Shown here in pieces: positions 21,773-32,500 of a DNA stretch of 64,000 nt. Numbering within the stretch: position 1 is the first letter of the stretch; every line of letters begins with the position of its first letter. The position numbers were made by a program, and so were the translations under genes. The stretch lies in assembly GCA_965216875.1 (NCBI GenBank), contig OZ244207.1:3776001-3840000 (forward strand), read 5' to 3'. The notes under the pieces were generated by a model that worked only from the letters and a program-made list of their open reading frames with translations, made no database searches and was not told the origin of the DNA. This DNA is from Rubripirellula sp. (GTDB lineage Bacteria > Planctomycetota > Planctomycetia > Pirellulales > Pirellulaceae).

Positions 21773-22049
21773 GAAAGCCCAGACCCGTGTCCTCTTCGGA
21801 AGGGATTTCGACCCGCCCGGCCAGCGTCCGAGTCGCCGCTGGGTACATTTGGACAGACGGTTCGTTCTACCCTCGTAGCCGCCTGACCCGCAGAATCCGA
21901 CTCGCGCGAGGCTTTCGCGGGTGGTTGAGAAGCAAGTTTGGACGCTTCTTGCTGCCGATTATTGGCTTCACCGCCTATAATGGAACCTTCCCTCCTCCCC
22001 CTTTTGTCCTCTTATCGACCGCACAATTCTGTGTGAAACGAGACAATTT

Positions 22050-23618
22050 ATGGCAACGGCCACCGACCCAAATTGGGATGTCGATGACGCGATTCCCGCC
22101 GAACCTGCCGAGGAAGAAAACAACGAACCCGATGCCGATCCCTATCGTCGGTTTCTGTTTTTCCAAGCGACGCCCGCTTGGCTCGTCAGCACGATGGTTC
22201 ATGTATTGATCTTCCTGGTCCTCGGATTGGTCACGATTGCTGACCCGGTCAAGATCGTGAATGTGCTGACCGCCAACAACACAGGCGAAGAAGGTCCAGA
22301 GATTGAAGAGTTCACCATCGACGAAATCGATCCTGGTGAAGTCAGCGAGATGGAAGAGGTCGCTGAGCCGGTCGACGTTTCCGAGCCAGTCGAAATGATC
22401 GAGCCGACTGCGATGGAGCCGATGGAAATCGCAACGGTCGATTTCGAGATGTCGGACCTCGCCGCCGACATGGCACCGACCGCATCGATGCTGCAATCAC
22501 TCTCATCCCTTTCCGCTGCTCCGCTAAGTAGTCGCAGCGCCGACATGAAGAAAAAGTTGCTGCGTGACTACGGCGGCAACGAAAGCAGTGAAGCGGCCGT
22601 CACCAAAGCTTTGAAGTGGTTGTCGCGTCACCAAATGCCGAACGGGGCTTGGACCTACGCGCACAACGTCGTCTGTCGCAACAACTGTGGCGATCCAGGT
22701 GAACCGAACCGTGCCAAGGCAGTCAACGCAGCAACCGCGATGGCGCTGCTTCCGTTCATGGGAGCAGGACAAACGCACATTCAGGGCGAGTACCGCGAGG
22801 TCGTCTTTCGTGGTCTTCGGTTCCTGATTCAAAACGGAAAAGCCGGCAAGAAGAACGGCTTGCCGGTTCTCGACCTCTCGGAAGGTCCGGGCAACATGTA
22901 TTCGCACGGACTCGCAGCCATCGCGCTGTGCGAAGCCTATGCGATGACCGAAGACCCGGAACTGGCCGGACCAGCGCAAGCTGCCCTGAACTTCATTGTC
23001 TACGCCCAGTGCCGCGATGGCGGTTGGCGTTACCGTCCACAACAACCCGATGGCGGCGACACGTCGGTGACCGGTTGGCAAGTGATGGCGCTCAAGAGCG
23101 GTTACATGGGGCACCTGGCCGTTCCGCCACAAACCATTCAAGGATCCATGCTGTTCCTTGATAAAGTGCAATCGAACAACGGTTCACGCTACGGCTACAC
23201 CAAACCTGACACGAGGGTCCGCCAAGCCTGCACTGCGATCGGCTTGCTCTGTCGCATGTACACCGGTTGGGACAAAGATCACCCCGGGATCAAGGCAGGT
23301 GTCAAAGAACTGGCCAAGATTGGTGTCATGAAGAATGACATCTACTACGACTATTACGCGGCCCAGGTGTTACGACATCACGGCGGAGCCGAATGGGACA
23401 AATTCAACATCGAGCTGCGTGATTGGCTCGTTTCGACCCAATCCACCGAAGGTGGTGCTCGCGGCAGCTGGCACTTTCCCAACAGCAGTTCTCATCGAGG
23501 CCCCAAAGAGGGCGGGCGTTTAGCAAGCACGTCGTTCGCGACGATGATTTTGGAAGTTTACTACCGCCATATGCCGTTGTACGCTGATGCGGCAGCCGAA
23601 GAGGATTTCCCGCTGTAG
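22050..23618 (+). CDS. Prenyltransferase/squalene-oxidase-repeat protein with N-terminal TM helix and acidic linker
   Basis: ALKWLSRHQ..GAW, MYSHGLAAIALCEAY, DGGWRY, DTSVTGWQVMALKS, ILEVYYR. Confidence 0.85.
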   Translation: MATATDPNWDVDDAIPAEPAEEENNEPDADPYRRFLFFQATPAWLVSTMVHVLIFLVLGLVTIADPVKIVNVLTANNTGEEGPEIEEFTIDEIDPGEVSEMEEVAEPVDVSEPVEMIEPTAMEPMEIATVDFEMSDLAADMAPTASMLQSLSSLSAAPLSSRSADMKKKLLRDYGGNESSEAAVTKALKWLSRHQMPNGAWTYAHNVVCRNNCGDPGEPNRAKAVNAATAMALLPFMGAGQTHIQGEYREVVFRGLRFLIQNGKAGKKNGLPVLDLSEGPGNMYSHGLAAIALCEAYAMTEDPELAGPAQAALNFIVYAQCRDGGWRYRPQQPDGGDTSVTGWQVMALKSGYMGHLAVPPQTIQGSMLFLDKVQSNNGSRYGYTKPDTRVRQACTAIGLLCRMYTGWDKDHPGIKAGVKELAKIGVMKNDIYYDYYAAQVLRHHGGAEWDKFNIELRDWLVSTQSTEGGARGSWHFPNSSSHRGPKEGGRLASTSFATMILEVYYRHMPLYADAAAEEDFPL

Positions 23619-23647
23619 TCTTTCATTGCTCCTGCACGGTGTGTTCC

Positions 23648-24832
23648 ATGATTCGAGTGGTTTGCAGTCTCTCGTTGATGTTCGTGTCGACGATTGCGTT
23701 TGCCCAATTCAAACTTCCGACGGTCGATGAAGCTCTGAAGATCTCGGCCGAAACGGGTAAACCGATTTTCGCGATGGCGGGCCAAGAAACGTGACCGCCT
23801 TGCGTTGCGTTGCTCAAACGGCTCGAAACCGATCGGTCGTTGGCACGCTTTGCGGGACAGTTCGTTCCGCTCAAAATTGTCACAAGCAACAATCCGGACT
23901 GGGCCAAGTGGTCCCGAAAGTACCCGGTCGACGGTAACGGCATCCCTCGACTTTACGTCGTTCGCGCTGATGGCGAAAAACTTTTCGGCGCCGTCGGCTC
24001 ACTTCCCGGTGACAAGCTTCCTCAGATGATGACGGCCGCATTACAAATGTCGGGTCGGCAATTCAACGAAGTCGAAGCAACGGCACTCAAGTCAGCGGGC
24101 GAAAAAGCCAAATCGGAACTGAGCAACAACAATCCCCTTGCCGCCGCACACGCGCTGGCATCCATTTCCAGCCTCGGTGCCCCAGATGAACTGGGCAGCT
24201 TCGCTCGCACCGCGGTCCTTGCCGGGGAAGCGTTCGAAGAATTGCAGAAGCAACTTGAATCGCAAGTCGACGATGCCCAATCGAAACTGTCAGCCAGTGG
24301 TGATCAAGAAACGCTCACCGCACTGGTCAAGATCGCGGAAGCCGAAAACGCCTATTCGCTCTTTCCCAAGCTTCGCAAATCGGCAGGTGGGCTCACACGA
24401 GAGATCAAGAAAGAGAAACCATTGGCAGATCTCTACACTCAAGCGAGTGGCTTGGTCAAAGCCCGCGCGTTGGTTTATTCGCCCAAACGAAACGTCAAAC
24501 TACGTGCGAGTTCGGCCTTTGCCTCGTTGATTCGGCGCTACCCCGGAACAGAAGTTGAAACGCTCGCACGCAAAGACCTTGAAGAGATTGATCCTGATGC
24601 GGCGATCCTCAGCGCCGACACGCCGTCGATGACCGTATCGCCAAACGCATCGAAACCGACCACGTTCCGCACCTGGACTTCCAAGTCGGGGACGTTCGAA
24701 ACCGAAGCGATGTACTTGCAACAGAAATCGGGCAAGGTTCAACTGCAGTTACGCAACGGCCGCAAAATCGTGGCATCGATCGATCAGCTCAGCGAATCCG
24801 ATCAGGCCTACCTCCGAACTCGCATCCAATGA
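23648..24832 (+). CDS. Secreted thioredoxin-like protein with in-frame UGA (UPPC motif) and C-terminal SHD1 domain; putative selenoprotein
   Basis: ATG 23648 gives signal peptide + DEALKISAETGKPIFAMAGQET; TGA at 23792-23794; then PPC, in frame with the 23810..24832 ORF; C-terminal RTWTSKSG..LSESDQAY. Confidence 0.75.
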
Positions 24833-25074
24833 ACCCCTACGATTCCCCCAACGAACCTCGCGACCCGACCGATCGACCGATCTACCACCACGATCCCGAA
24901 GAACTGGCGGCGCGGCAAAAAGCATTGCTCGTTCGCCTCGGATTGCTGGCCGTCCTGACCACCGTCATTTCGTTGATCGGTATTTTTATCATGGGGCTAG
25001 CCGTTGTCCCCATCTCCATTCTGGTCGCTCTGGTCACGGGGATCCTGTTCACGGTCAAGCCTAAGGATCGGTAG
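24829..25074 (+). CDS. Small membrane protein
   Basis: MNPYDSP start, two hydrophobic helices, ATGA overlap with upstream stop. Confidence 0.7.
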   Translation: MNPYDSPNEPRDPTDRPIYHHDPEELAARQKALLVRLGLLAVLTTVISLIGIFIMGLAVVPISILVALVTGILFTVKPKDR

Positions 25075-25133
25075 CGACAGCCCCTCGCATACGCGCACGT
25101 GAGCTGAGAGTCGGCCGCCACAAACCATCGGCG

Positions 25134-25436
25134 ATGAATCACGATTCCCTTCTGCCGCATCAACGTGACCTACATCGATGTCTTGTCATGGAAGCCAAGC
25201 AGGCTGGCGAAACCACCATCATCTACCGCACCGAGTGGCTAGGCTATCTGCCCTACGGTCAATATCACTGGATCGAGTGCAACGGCGAAACGCTCACGCT
25301 CGACCTGGGCCAAGACTGGGAATTGAGTGACCTGGAACAGCTCGAACGGTTGGGGCTTCTCACCAAACTGAGTGACACGACCGCAAAGGATGACCACACC
25401 GATCGCGCAGTCGTTTACGAAATTCGCGAAGGTTGA
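25134..25436 (+). CDS. Hypothetical protein
   Basis: 100-aa ORF, co-oriented, protein-like composition. Confidence 0.6.
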   Translation: MNHDSLLPHQRDLHRCLVMEAKQAGETTIIYRTEWLGYLPYGQYHWIECNGETLTLDLGQDWELSDLEQLERLGLLTKLSDTTAKDDHTDRAVVYEIREG

Positions 25437-25484
25437 AACCGACACCATCCGTTGGCTGCTGGCCGACGGTTGCTGGGCCTTTGG

Positions 25485-26708
25485 TCACTGAACCTCAGGC
25501 TGTCGGGGTTCAAAACGCAGGTTGCGGAATCGGGTATCCCACCCCCACAGCCCAATCTTGCCCGACGCTCGCTCACCAAGCATTTCTTCGACAACCAACA
25601 CGGGCGTTTCGAAATCCTCGACGTACGTAGTGAGTGTTTTCCCGTCGAGTTCGATGCGAACTTTGAACCATTCGTTGACCGTCATCTCAGCGCCCGCTTC
25701 GTACTTGCCGGGAGATTGAGTTCGCAGCGTTCGCCAATCAGCGCCGTCAACACCCTTCGAAACGTATTGGACTGAATTTTGGTGCTTGGCCGTTCCCGAG
25801 TTTTGAGGACGGAAATAGATCAAGTCATAGTTGGACGTATCGGATCCACGGATAGCAATGCCGCTAAAGATATCCGAAGCGATCTCCACTTCGATGACGC
25901 CATCGCCCAGTTCCACACCGGGCAAGTAGGCAACGGTGTTGTCTTGGCCTTTGGTGTGTGCGACACGCTCGCCTTGAAACATCACCGAGTCAATCGTGCC
26001 ATTGACTTCCCGCCAGTCGACGTTGACCAGATCAATCATTTTGCCGGGCTCGATCTTCGCGGCTGGTTTGTTTGGCATCGCCGCAGGTTTGCTCGTTGAT
26101 GCGACGAGCTTTTCAAAGACCACGGTCGAACTGTTCGACACGACCGCAAGTTGTCGATTGTTATCCGCTCGAAACGCGATGTTAGGTTCCAATCGACGGA
26201 CGTTCCCCTCCCAATCGACAAGGGCTTTCCCATCAAGCTTGGCCGCGATCGAAACGCTATCCTCGCCGGCACGAGAAACCTCGACTTCTACCTGATAAGG
26301 TCGACCGTTTTCGAGGGTGCCGGGGCGCACCGAGGTTGGATTGGATTCATCCTTGGAACTCAGCGAGTCGACCCTGGCAAGACCATGCGAATCACCTTTC
26401 CAGCCACCCAGCTCAAGCAACACCTGCGTTTGGCCAAGCGGAAGCACAATTCCCACGAGATCCTCACCCGTTCGTCTGATGAATTGGAACGACACCGTGT
26501 AGGGTAGCGCGATGTCGTAGTCGATCGGACAGATTGATCGGCCGCCGTCCGCGTCACAAACAAGCGTGGTTTCGGTCTGATCCCAACTCCCCACGATGCC
26601 GGTTGACTCGAGATCGATGACCTTGAGCAGGTCGACCTTCGTGCTTTGACCGTGGGCGGAAAAGCAGAACAGGAACGGGAACGTCGCAACCATCAGACGA
26701 ACGAGCAT
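25485..26708 (-). CDS. Secreted two-domain concanavalin-like/DUF1080-like protein
   Basis: Signal peptide; LELGGWKG; DGVIEVEI..IYFRPQN..VQY..GKIGLW..FRNL. Confidence 0.75.
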   Translation of the reverse strand: MLVRLMVATFPFLFCFSAHGQSTKVDLLKVIDLESTGIVGSWDQTETTLVCDADGGRSICPIDYDIALPYTVSFQFIRRTGEDLVGIVLPLGQTQVLLELGGWKGDSHGLARVDSLSSKDESNPTSVRPGTLENGRPYQVEVEVSRAGEDSVSIAAKLDGKALVDWEGNVRRLEPNIAFRADNNRQLAVVSNSSTVVFEKLVASTSKPAAMPNKPAAKIEPGKMIDLVNVDWREVNGTIDSVMFQGERVAHTKGQDNTVAYLPGVELGDGVIEVEIASDIFSGIAIRGSDTSNYDLIYFRPQNSGTAKHQNSVQYVSKGVDGADWRTLRTQSPGKYEAGAEMTVNEWFKVRIELDGKTLTTYVEDFETPVLVVEEMLGERASGKIGLWGWDTRFRNLRFEPRQPEVQ

Positions 26709-26887
26709 GCATGATCTCCTCGTGCTGAAACCGATCGCAGCCTCGCGGAGTCCCAGCAGTCTATTGAAGCACATCGAAACCCAGCGCAACATCGGCTGGC
26801 ACTACTTATACGAACGAGTCTCCGAGGATCTTGATTGCACCAAATTTCTCGTCATGATGATTTTTATGGGGATCACCCCGTGACGGT

Positions 26888-27406
26888 GTGATCGCTTGGA
26901 GAAATCTGTTGCAATCCGAATCGAGTGCTGAGTCGAACGACGATCGCGCAATCATACGCGCCGGGTTTCGCTATGCGCTGTCGTTGACCCATGACCGGCA
27001 CGATGCCGAAGATCTCGTCCAACAGGCATGCCTCAAGACGTTCCGGTCGCGCGGCAAATTGATCAGCAAACGGTACCTGTTCGTCGCGATTCGCAACCTG
27101 TTCGTTGATCGATGTCGAAAAAAGCAACTCCATCGCGCCGATCTCGACACCGTCGACTTGGCCGACCCGAAGCCCTCTCAATCGGAACGGCTCGAACATC
27201 GCGACGACATCCAAACCATGCTCAGCCTGCTTAGTTACGAGCAGCGCGAGGTGTTGTTTCTCAATTGCGTCGAAGGCTACACCGCCGCCGAAATCGCTGA
27301 AATCACAGGACAACCCCGAGGAACGATCCTGAGTCAATTGGCTCGTGTAAAAAAGAAGCTCGTGGATCGCTTTGGCGATGTGGAGGTGACATGCCATGAC
27401 GATTGA
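26888..27406 (+). CDS. ECF RNA polymerase sigma factor
   Basis: DAEDLVQQ region 2; YTAAEIAEITGQPRGTILSQLAR region 4. Confidence 0.9.
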   Translation: MIAWRNLLQSESSAESNDDRAIIRAGFRYALSLTHDRHDAEDLVQQACLKTFRSRGKLISKRYLFVAIRNLFVDRCRKKQLHRADLDTVDLADPKPSQSERLEHRDDIQTMLSLLSYEQREVLFLNCVEGYTAAEIAEITGQPRGTILSQLARVKKKLVDRFGDVEVTCHDD

Positions 27407-28007
27407 CGAGCAAGACGTTGTTGACTTCTATAAGAACGCCGAGCTTGATGACGCACACGTTGATGCCATCCTCGCAAGCGGGCAACATGTCGTCTCGGCG
27501 CGGCGATGGAAACGCATCGCGATCGCTTCGATGGTTGCTTTGGCAGCAACGTTAGTCGTTGTTGTCGGCGTTCTATCACGCAATGCCGATGCTCCTCATC
27601 AAAACGATCAACAACAGGCTGCACGGCCCGACGAGGGTGTCAATGCGGTTGTGCGGCCGAGCGCCGAAGTTGAGCAACCCGCAACGACCTACCGGCTTGC
27701 CGCCTTTCGCAGCCACAATGATCAATGCCCGCATTGTCGCGCCACCGGCGAGCTGTACCAAACGCTGTCGGATCGTTTTGCCGACGCGTCGATCGAATTC
27801 GAAAAGTTTGAGCTTCAAGACCGAGCTCGCCTCGATGACACCAAAGCGAAAATCAAAACACGAGGGCTTGGTGAACTGGTGGAAGGAAAACAGGAGACTG
27901 CGTTCGCCGTCTTGCTGTCGCCAACCGGCAAGGTGTTGCAACGGTTCAAGGGAACGGATGACGTGCAAAGCGTCCAAACCAAGATCGCCAACGTGATCGA
28001 GCAATAA
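27396..28007 (+). CDS. Putative anti-sigma factor with TM helix and extracytoplasmic thioredoxin-like CxxC domain
   Basis: Overlaps the sigma stop; short cytoplasmic N-terminus, TM helix, then AAFRSHNDQCPHC. Confidence 0.7.
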   Translation: MTIDEQDVVDFYKNAELDDAHVDAILASGQHVVSARRWKRIAIASMVALAATLVVVVGVLSRNADAPHQNDQQQAARPDEGVNAVVRPSAEVEQPATTYRLAAFRSHNDQCPHCRATGELYQTLSDRFADASIEFEKFELQDRARLDDTKAKIKTRGLGELVEGKQETAFAVLLSPTGKVLQRFKGTDDVQSVQTKIANVIEQ

Positions 28008-28155
28008 CCGAGTTCCCCCGTAGCTACGCTCGCCAGAGCGTGGGGTTTTGAAAAACGCTCGACCAACGCATTCCATGTTCTTGCGAAGGTAGCGACGGTT
28101 TGGAAAGGTCAGCCCGCCCCAGATGTCATGCACAGCATGACCTACGGCAGCTACA

Positions 28156-29526
28156 ATGAACTCCAACCATTTCAAAGCATCTTCCGTTTGTGGGAACGCT
28201 CTGATGCCAACACTCACTCGCTCGTTCGTGCACTGCGTGCTGTTCGTCGCCGCGTGCTTGGCGACTTGCGTCCCTTGCTTTTCGTCCGAGCCGTTTCGAT
28301 ATGACGACACGGGCGACAAGCTTCCGCGGCCGCGTTTTCACAACATCCAAACGGGATTGCCAGGAGGCATCGAGCGTGATGCGTTGCTTTGGGGTATCGA
28401 TCCGACCGGCACATCAAAGTGGAACCTCGGCTGGTTTGTTTACGGGGCCCAGGATTCGCGTAGCATCGCCATCGGATTCAAAGCGGGCACACCCAGCCAG
28501 CTTTATGTTGACTTGAATCGCGACAAAACCTTTCAAGCCGATGAACGGATCAACGCCGATGATCCTGGCGTCGAAAGTTGGCAAACCAAGATCGATGCCG
28601 AATTCGTTACCGAGTCGGGTGACTTTGAAACGGCAACCCGTTCGATTCGCATTCGACGTTTGGGGGACGAGGCGATCCAAATCGCAACAACCGGCGTGAT
28701 GCGAGGCCAAGTCGAGATTGGTGGCACCTCGATCGCCGCAATCCGGATGGATCGTGACAGCAACGGTCGCTGGTTCGACGCTGCCGATCGCATCGTGTTG
28801 GACCTCAATGGTGACGGCAAAGTCGATTCGATCGGCGGCCGTGTCGCCTGTGAATCAATCACGCGGCTGTTCGGAAAACGCTATGTGCTCAAGAGTGATC
28901 AAGTAGGAACGAGTATCGAATTCGACGAACTCGTTGGGACCGGATCGATCGCTCCTCACCTTCCGCTGAAACCGTCCGTCGAGCTGAGCAAATTCAACGC
29001 TTCGCTTGTTTCGCGTGGTGGAGTTCGCGTTGCACTCGAAGGGCTCGAGCCACGAGACGAATGCCCTGTTGGCCATTATCGAATTGAGTCGCTTTCGTTT
29101 GAGGTCACCGAAGCGGATGAGCAATACGAGTTCTTTTTCTACGGGTCGAACCAGTCGAAGTACCCGTTTGAAGTTTCCGATGCCGGTTCGACCAAAGTCG
29201 ACCTGCTGGGCGAATTGAAACTCGGCGGCGGCCAAACGGTGATCCCGCGTCCGGACGGGGCGATGATCACGATCAACCCATCGCTGACCACCACCAGCGG
29301 TCTCTACATGACCGACTGCAAAGCCGAACAACGAGAAAACCGATTGCTCGTTCGAGCGAGACATGGCGACCACGTTTTCGCGACCGCGTCTTCGGGATTC
29401 TCGTGAGGCAGTCTCTGTCCGGTCTCGGTCCGAGTCCCCCAATCTATTGAACCCCTTCACGTCACGTCGTTGCTTCTCTTTGACGGCGGTCCTCTCGCTG
29501 GCCTCTTGCAAAAGGTTGTTCCCTAG
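28156..29526 (+). CDS. Secreted hypothetical protein with in-frame UGA (SGFS-U-GSLC); putative selenoprotein (otherwise ends at 29406)
   Basis: TGA at 29404-29406 is followed by 39 open codons to TAG 29524-29526, 5 nt before the next ATG; SECIS-like hairpin just downstream; D-x-N-x-D Ca-binding-like motifs. Confidence 0.7.
29421..29437 (+). promoter_or_regulatory. Candidate bacterial SECIS hairpin
   Basis: GGUCUCGGUCCGAGUCC starts 15 nt after the UGA; apical loop contains GU; architecture resembles the E. coli fdhF SECIS. Confidence 0.55.
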
Positions 29527-29531
29527 CCTCA

Positions 29532-32500
29532 ATGCGTACTCTCACTCTTGCCGCACTGTCGCTTGTCGCATCTGTTTCGATCGCAAGTGGCGCCTCGCCC
29601 GTGATTCGTGGAGTCGTTACGTCAAAGGATGACTCGTCGAAGATTGCTGATGCCAAAGTGACACTGGTGGCCGGTGCGGGTTGGCTCAAACAGGCCTACG
29701 CCGAACTGAACCCAGAGCAACCGCAAGTCACCTCAGCCTCCGATGCCGACGGAAACTTTTCGTTGCCATTCCCGCAAACCGATCGACGCTTCTTTCTTCC
29801 CGACAAGCATCACCTTGTCGTCACCGCCCCCGGGTTTCAGCCGCATGTCGTCGACTTGCATTACCAGCGCATCAAAGTCAACGTGCCCCTTGAAATCAAG
29901 CTGCGTCGCGGGGAAGGCTCGACGGTCGCAATCGTTTCACCCGAAAACAAGACGCTCGCTGGCGTACGAGTCGCACCTGCAATTGTTGCCGGCCACCGGA
30001 TTCCTTGGTGCGTCGCTCGATCGCTTGCCAACGTGTCTGACGAAAACGGAAAGGTGACGGTTCAAGGATGCGATGCTGAGACATTGGAAGCGGTGTTCCT
30101 TAGCGGCGATGGTGTCGGAAACCAACGGTCTGGGGTTCGCAAGCAAGCAGGCAAAGGAATCGTCGTGGTCCCGGCCCGGACGCGAGAAGTCGTCGGAAAG
30201 GTGATTCCAGCGGACGGAGAAACGATCGACAACTTGGACGCGACACGGCTATTCGTGATTTCGAGACCGGTGGGGGCGAGTGCCCGTGTGACCAATCCCG
30301 ACAACCTTGGTTGGTCCTTCGCTCACCTCGACGCCGCCGGTAACTTTCGATCGCCCGCCCTCAGCCAAGGACAACTGCAACATCTCCTTGCTTGCCCAAG
30401 TGATTTCCCTTTCCGATTTGATGCCGACAAACAGGTCGAACTGTCGGGCGGAGAAGGGGCGTTCGCTTGGGAAATGGAAATGAGCAAACAGGTTCAGCTG
30501 ATCGCAACGATACGCGAAGCCGGAACCGACACACCTCTCGAAGACATCTCGATCGCAAGTTTTGACGGCCGGCTCGAAGACACCTTCACCGACGCAAGCG
30601 GCAAGGCGAGGTTCTTTCGAGTACGAGACCACGTTTCTTACTACCCGCATGACCATACTGGCGTCCTCTATTTTGACGACACCTTTTATCAGAGTTCAAA
30701 AAAGCTGCCTGTCGATGGCGTGCTTGAACTGGAACCACTCACGCTCAACCGCAGCACCGGGTGGCGTGGCAGTGTGGTGGATGCCGACGGAAAACCGGTT
30801 GCCGGCGCGTCGATTGCTTACGAGTTTGGGCAAGAGCGTTTCCTGACCACGCAACACGTCTTTTCAAATCCAGAAGGCGAATTCAGTCTCTTCGGCGTTG
30901 CTGACCAGACGTCCGTAACGCTGCTGGCCAGCAAAGGGAATTCGCTTTCCGAGAAGCGAAGCGTCATCCTGAACTCCGACGAACCGGTCGAACTGGTGAT
31001 CACGCCTCGCAAAACAGCCGTACCAACGGGAAGGGTTGTTGATCTCGATGGTCATCCTGTTGTGGGGATAAGCGTCAACATACGCCGTGGACAAGTCATG
31101 ATCGCCGAGGGCTACAGCTCGGAAGAGCTGATGGAATCGGAATTCTATGATCGTCCGACGACGGCAACGACCAATGACGACGGACTCTTTGAATTCCCAA
31201 AGACCGTTGACTTCAAAGAACGCGTGCAGATTCGAATCAGTGCTCCCGACTTCTTTAAGCTGCACAGTCCCTATGCTGCGGGAAAGCTGATTGGCGACGA
31301 AGCGGAGGTGTCGTCGGTCGGACGCCTGGAATTGGGCGAGTTTCGCATCATGCGCCGCGGTGCTGAAAGCGAAATCCAAGTCGTCGTGAAATCGGAGGCC
31401 GGTGAGGGCATTGCGAATGCGCGGGTCGCCATCGTCGGTGCGCGCGTCGGCACGGTTCGCGGCACAACAGGCGCCAACGGAACAGCATCGTTTCGTGTAC
31501 CGAAAGGGAAAGCAATCGTCGGAATCTCGGCGCCGGGTTACGCACCGTACTTTGCGCCGCTGGCGAACGACGGCGCCGTCGACTGTCGATTGTCAAAGCA
31601 GACATCGCCCATCACAAACTCGATCCGCAACGTAGAACCGGAAACCTTCTTTGATGCTGCGAACCAGGTCTTTGGTGTCGTTGAACCGGTCGTAGTAAAG
31701 AGCAGTCCCATGCATCGGGTTGGGCTGTACATGCAGGGGCTCGCCGCAACCCAACCGGAGCAATTCTTGGCCTACGTCCAGACGGCTGTGGTGCAGAACC
31801 CGCAAGTCGGGCAGTACGCGTTGATGTATGGCGAGCATGCACTTCGGCAGCAACCCGAGATGGTCGAATTGGTGGTCAACAACCCACTGGTCCCAGCGGA
31901 GTACGCTGCGATGTTGCTTACCCAAGCCGCCTCGATGTCGGACGATCCCGACTTGCATGAGGACTTCTTGGGTGAAGCACTTGCGATGGCACGGAAAAAG
32001 ACGGGCCGCGATGGGTTGATCGGCAAAGCACGTTTGGCTCGCACGTTGCTCGCAGCCGGGCACAACGATTTGGCGACGCAGATTGCGGAAGAGATCTGGC
32101 AAGACGCCGATGAGTTCCAAAGCATGGTCGACAGCAACCAGCGAAAGCTAATGGTCGGCGAATCCCGCGTGGTGGTTCCTGTGCTGGCGATCCTTGACTT
32201 GAAACGTGCCCAACAACTCATTCGCCTCACAGCGCGCGAGGTCGAACTCGATCGTCTGCTATCAGAATGCGAATTGACTTGGGGGCAAGCCAACGCGAAA
32301 GCTTGGATCCAACATTTGGAAAAAGGCAATGTCGATGCGATCGACGGCGGTGGAATTGCGAGCTGGCTGCGGTACCAGAACGAAGCGGGAACGATGTGGA
32401 AACAGGGGCTCGGCGAACCTGGGATAGTGGGGCCGTTGATCAGCGACCTCAACACACGCATCGGTTTCTTGCTTGCTCATGCACGCCTAAGCTCCAACGA

